The position numbers were made by a program, and so were the translations under genes. 64,000 bases of DNA from Octopus sinensis (lineage: Eukaryota): assembly GCF_006345805.1 (NCBI RefSeq), contig NC_042998.1, positions 100,440,001 to 100,504,000 of the forward strand, given 5' to 3'. Positions 60,373 through 64,000 of this stretch are shown here, piece after piece (position 1 is the first letter of the stretch; the number at the start of each line of letters is the position of its first letter). The notes below the pieces were generated by a model, which saw nothing but the letters and a program-made list of their open reading frames with translations, was not told the DNA's origin and ran no database searches.

Positions 60373-61197
60373 TCTCTCTTCATAGCAAGTTTAAATTCTA
60401 CCAGGATCCTCACTAATGTAAGTTCTTCCCGATTCAAATAACCATGCTTCTACTCAAAAGATTTATGGCCCTGCAACAGTGTTATAAATCATTTTAGAAC
60501 AGATATGAAAATTACAACTTTTTAAGAATACAAAAATAGAAACTGGAAAAGCAAAAGAAACATGAACATTGTTGATTCATATTTTAATCATAATATATAT
60601 GAACAGGAAGAAACATGAGAATAGTTTTGTGAAAGAAATAAAAAATCTTGGACCAGAGAGATAAATATTTTGGCAAATTAACATAATTCTCAGTGGCAGT
60701 AAAACTATGGTTAAATCAAAACAAATTCATAACTCAGATCTGTAGAATGTTCCATAATTTTCAGGGCATAACTCTCTCAGAACAAATTCTAGGTTTTCTC
60801 AATTTGTAACTCTTCTAGACAGGATCAATCCTAAAGTACACAAAAACTAAACTTGTTTATATCTTCCTAATATCTTATCACTTTTTTGTTTATTTGTATA
60901 GTCTATCTTGTTGACATGACACAGCCACTAGAAAATACTTAAGGTAAAAAGGAACTTCTAGATGGTCCCTAGGCATAACAACAGCTAAATCTCCTCAAAT
61001 CAAGGACCTATTGAATAATATGGGCATAAATGACTGAAAAAATAAAACAGATGATGATCACAGCTGAAATATATTTGATCATTAGGTCTACTCTATCAAA
61101 CCTAATGCAAACCTCTTGCAAGCTTCTTGTCATAAAATCAAAACAACTAATATATCTATCATAAAACAGAGGCAAACTAACAAATATCTAAAAGCTG

Positions 61198-61199
<2 letters not shown>

Positions 61200-61289
<90 letters not shown>

Positions 61290-61298
61290 ATATATATA
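61200..61298. repeat. Long (TA)n microsatellite
   Basis: Direct reading. Confidence 0.95.
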
Positions 61299-62401
61299 TT
61301 GTATTTATATGTATGTTCCATTCACCAGAAACCCTCATTATAAATGACAATCACAAACCAAAAGTCTAAAGTTCAAATGAAGGACTACAAAAAAATACTT
61401 CCTCTTGATGGCATTTGGATAACCAGATGACAGGAGAAAAAGTAGATAAAAATAATGGAAAAACTAAGGTTCTTCCCTTTTTTTCTGAAGGTCAATGTTT
61501 TAGTAAAAACAGAATACAACTCATATGAAAGAGATTATAGGTTTATTCAGTTTTAGTTTGTTTTTATGTATTAAAAAAAAATTCAAAATGTAACTTACTA
61601 TTAGTATTTTTATTGATAAATATATGGAGTAGAAAATTTTAAATATCAACATGTACCAAAAAGACTACCTGACCCATTCAATAAAAATAAAGCTAAAATG
61701 TCAGTACATATATGACACATATTTATGTTAATTTAAGCATGTTTGGTTGAATAGTAGTTCATGTATTTGTACATTTGTACACATTTATAAAGATAAATTA
61801 TTATTATGCCTGGTTTCATGGGAAACTACTTTTTTTTTTATATATTCCTGTTGATATTCATCAACTCTACCAAGGACTACACAGTATGTAAAATGAGTAA
61901 TAATAATGTTTTGTTATTCTAGTTTCCAGTTTATATATATGTTCATTTTCTGCTTAAAGGTGTTTAAAATGTGATTATCCCAAGTAGGTGACTGAATACT
62001 TAAATAAAGATTCTGTCATGCACTGATAAAACAGAACATTTGGTAACAGATACTGAATTTATTCTTCTCAGTAATATATGTTTGTTAAACTTTAGTATGA
62101 CACACATGACAAATAAAAACTGACTTTCCCATCATTATATATGTAATGTCATTAAGGTGCTGGTCTAATGACTACATGGTCATGAGCATTGTATTTTGTC
62201 CCCTGAGTAAGGTAAAATAAACCCTGCTTGCTCTATGCTTGCTTGGCTGATAATTCCAACTTCACAGTTGAGTGGCCAGCAGCTGGAAAATATAAAAATA
62301 AAATCATTCCACTGATACTATCATCTATTTTCATTTTGTTAAATGAGCTATTTTTAACATAATGCATATTTATTAAAATGATAGGATATTAGAAAGGGTT
62401 T

Positions 62402-62790
62402 AGGAGAGGCTGTGTGGTAAGTAGCTTGCTTACCAGCCACATGGTTCCGGGTTCAGTCCCACAGCATTACACCTTGGGCAAGTGTCTATTACTATAGCCT
62501 CAGGCCAACCAAAGCCTTGTGAGTGGATTTGATAGATGGAAACTCAAAGAAGCCCGTCATATACATGTATATATGTGTGTGTATGTGTATGTTTGTGTGT
62601 CTGTGTTTGTCCCCCTAGCATTGCTTGACAACTGATGCTGGTGTGTTTATGTCCCCGTCACTTAGTGGTTCGGCAAAAGAGACTGATAAAATAAGTACTG
62701 GGCTTACATAGAATAAGTCCCAGGGTCAATTTGCTCGACTAAAGGCTCCAGCATGGCCGCAGTCAAATGACTGAAACAAATAAAAGAAAG
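62402..62790 (+). mobile_element. tRNA-derived SINE, full length
   Basis: ggctgtgtggtaagtagc A-box-like, gggttcagtcc B-box-like, (TG)n linker, gactgaaacaaataaaag tail. Confidence 0.92.
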
Positions 62791-64000
62791 TAAAGAGAGT
62801 TATGGTTATATGTTCAAGATTATATATAGAGATGTGAGAGCATTGTATCTATATGAGGACATTATATTTATTTTGTGGTTAAATGGAAGGAATACACTGC
62901 AAATATGACCAAAAGACAAGAGAAGAAAAGGTTATTTTTTCTCAGTTACTCAGACAGTAATTCACTTCATGTCAGTAAAATATTAAATAAATTTTTAAAA
63001 ATAAATTTTGTGTCTGGTCAAAAACAAATTACTTGTTTAAAAGAGACAAGGCTAATGAACAGATACTAAAAAATATACCAATTAATTATAGATCATCATT
63101 GTGACCATTTTTTCGTGCTGTGTAAGATGAATGGATCTGAAGTATAAAAGATTTCTACCCACCTTCCTGTATTATCTCATCTGTGAGTTACAGTGTCCTA
63201 AGAGCTGATCTCACACTTCATATCTTTCTCTATCAATGGCTACATTCCACTGTTACTACATAGCAAGTGTTGTCCATTTATATTATGTCTATACTATTAT
63301 AACTACACTTCTATACATTACCCAATACCTTTACTGCCAATCTTTTTTTCATATCATTTGCACATCATCTTTACACATGTTGACACAAGGCATCCAGTAA
63401 AACATTTTTCTGTAGCTATCACAAGTCTTCTGAATCCATTGTCCCTTTCTTCCTACCATGTAGTATTACACCTCTTACACATGCTTCATCCCATCTACTT
63501 GTTCAACAAATGCAAATTTTGCTTCTCAGAAAATTTACATTCAATTGACTAAACTTGTCAACAACTTAAACAAGAAACATTAATTTCTAAATGAGAAGAT
63601 GAAAATAATTTACACCTGATATATTTAAAAACAATTATTTTCCTCACCAAAAATGACTGACTAATTCCCAACCTCATTTGATCAAGAGTTACATGATACA
63701 TAAGTGACATACATTACAACAAACCTACATCCAGCTATTACACTAAAACTGATTCTTCTTCAGAGCATAAAACTTGCAGTATGATATCACAATACTAAAT
63801 CATATGCCCACAAAAGTTATTTTTATTTGATTCTTATAAATAAGTCAATATATATCATACTTAAGTAGTAGAGGACTGATAGTATGACATATAAGTGTGC
63901 TTAGGAGTGGTGATATAGCTGGAACATTCTGAACAAATAGGAATGATAAATAAATCAAAACAATAGTATCTTTTCTTACTTCTTCAATACACCCAACAAA

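Noticed and set aside
62402-62480. tRNA gene
   Set aside because: A/B-box-like head belongs to a multi-copy SINE; no full cloverleaf or poly-T terminator

Overview
AT-rich, microsatellite-dense animal genomic DNA. The SINE/RTE repertoire looks like octopus (coleoid cephalopod); this is recognition-based inference, not a database result. The window is almost entirely non-coding and mostly CpG-depleted, consistent with long intron(s) of a methylated gene. I can support one fairly convincing host coding exon (minus strand, 4301-4620, probably an N-terminal exon of an unidentified protein) plus a few weak exon candidates. The rest is transposon-derived: a young 5'-truncated RTE LINE (10191-13612) with one frameshift and a canonical C4HC3 PHD finger inside its RT region; many RTE 3' ends and tRNA-type SINEs; remnants of CR1, Jockey/L2-group, CRE, HERO, R4/Dong, Tx1 and Penelope elements; three Helitron derivatives; an internally deleted piggyBac; and several MITEs/foldbacks. 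No rRNA, tRNA gene or CRISPR array was seen. Best leads: the PHD-bearing RTE, a snap-back (inverted-duplication) RTE insertion pivoting on a native RTE hairpin near which a second copy is also truncated, and several long hairpins that could be ADAR substrates. Most ORFs in the track are microsatellite or antisense artefacts. Coordinates for decayed elements are approximate and all family calls are by eye.
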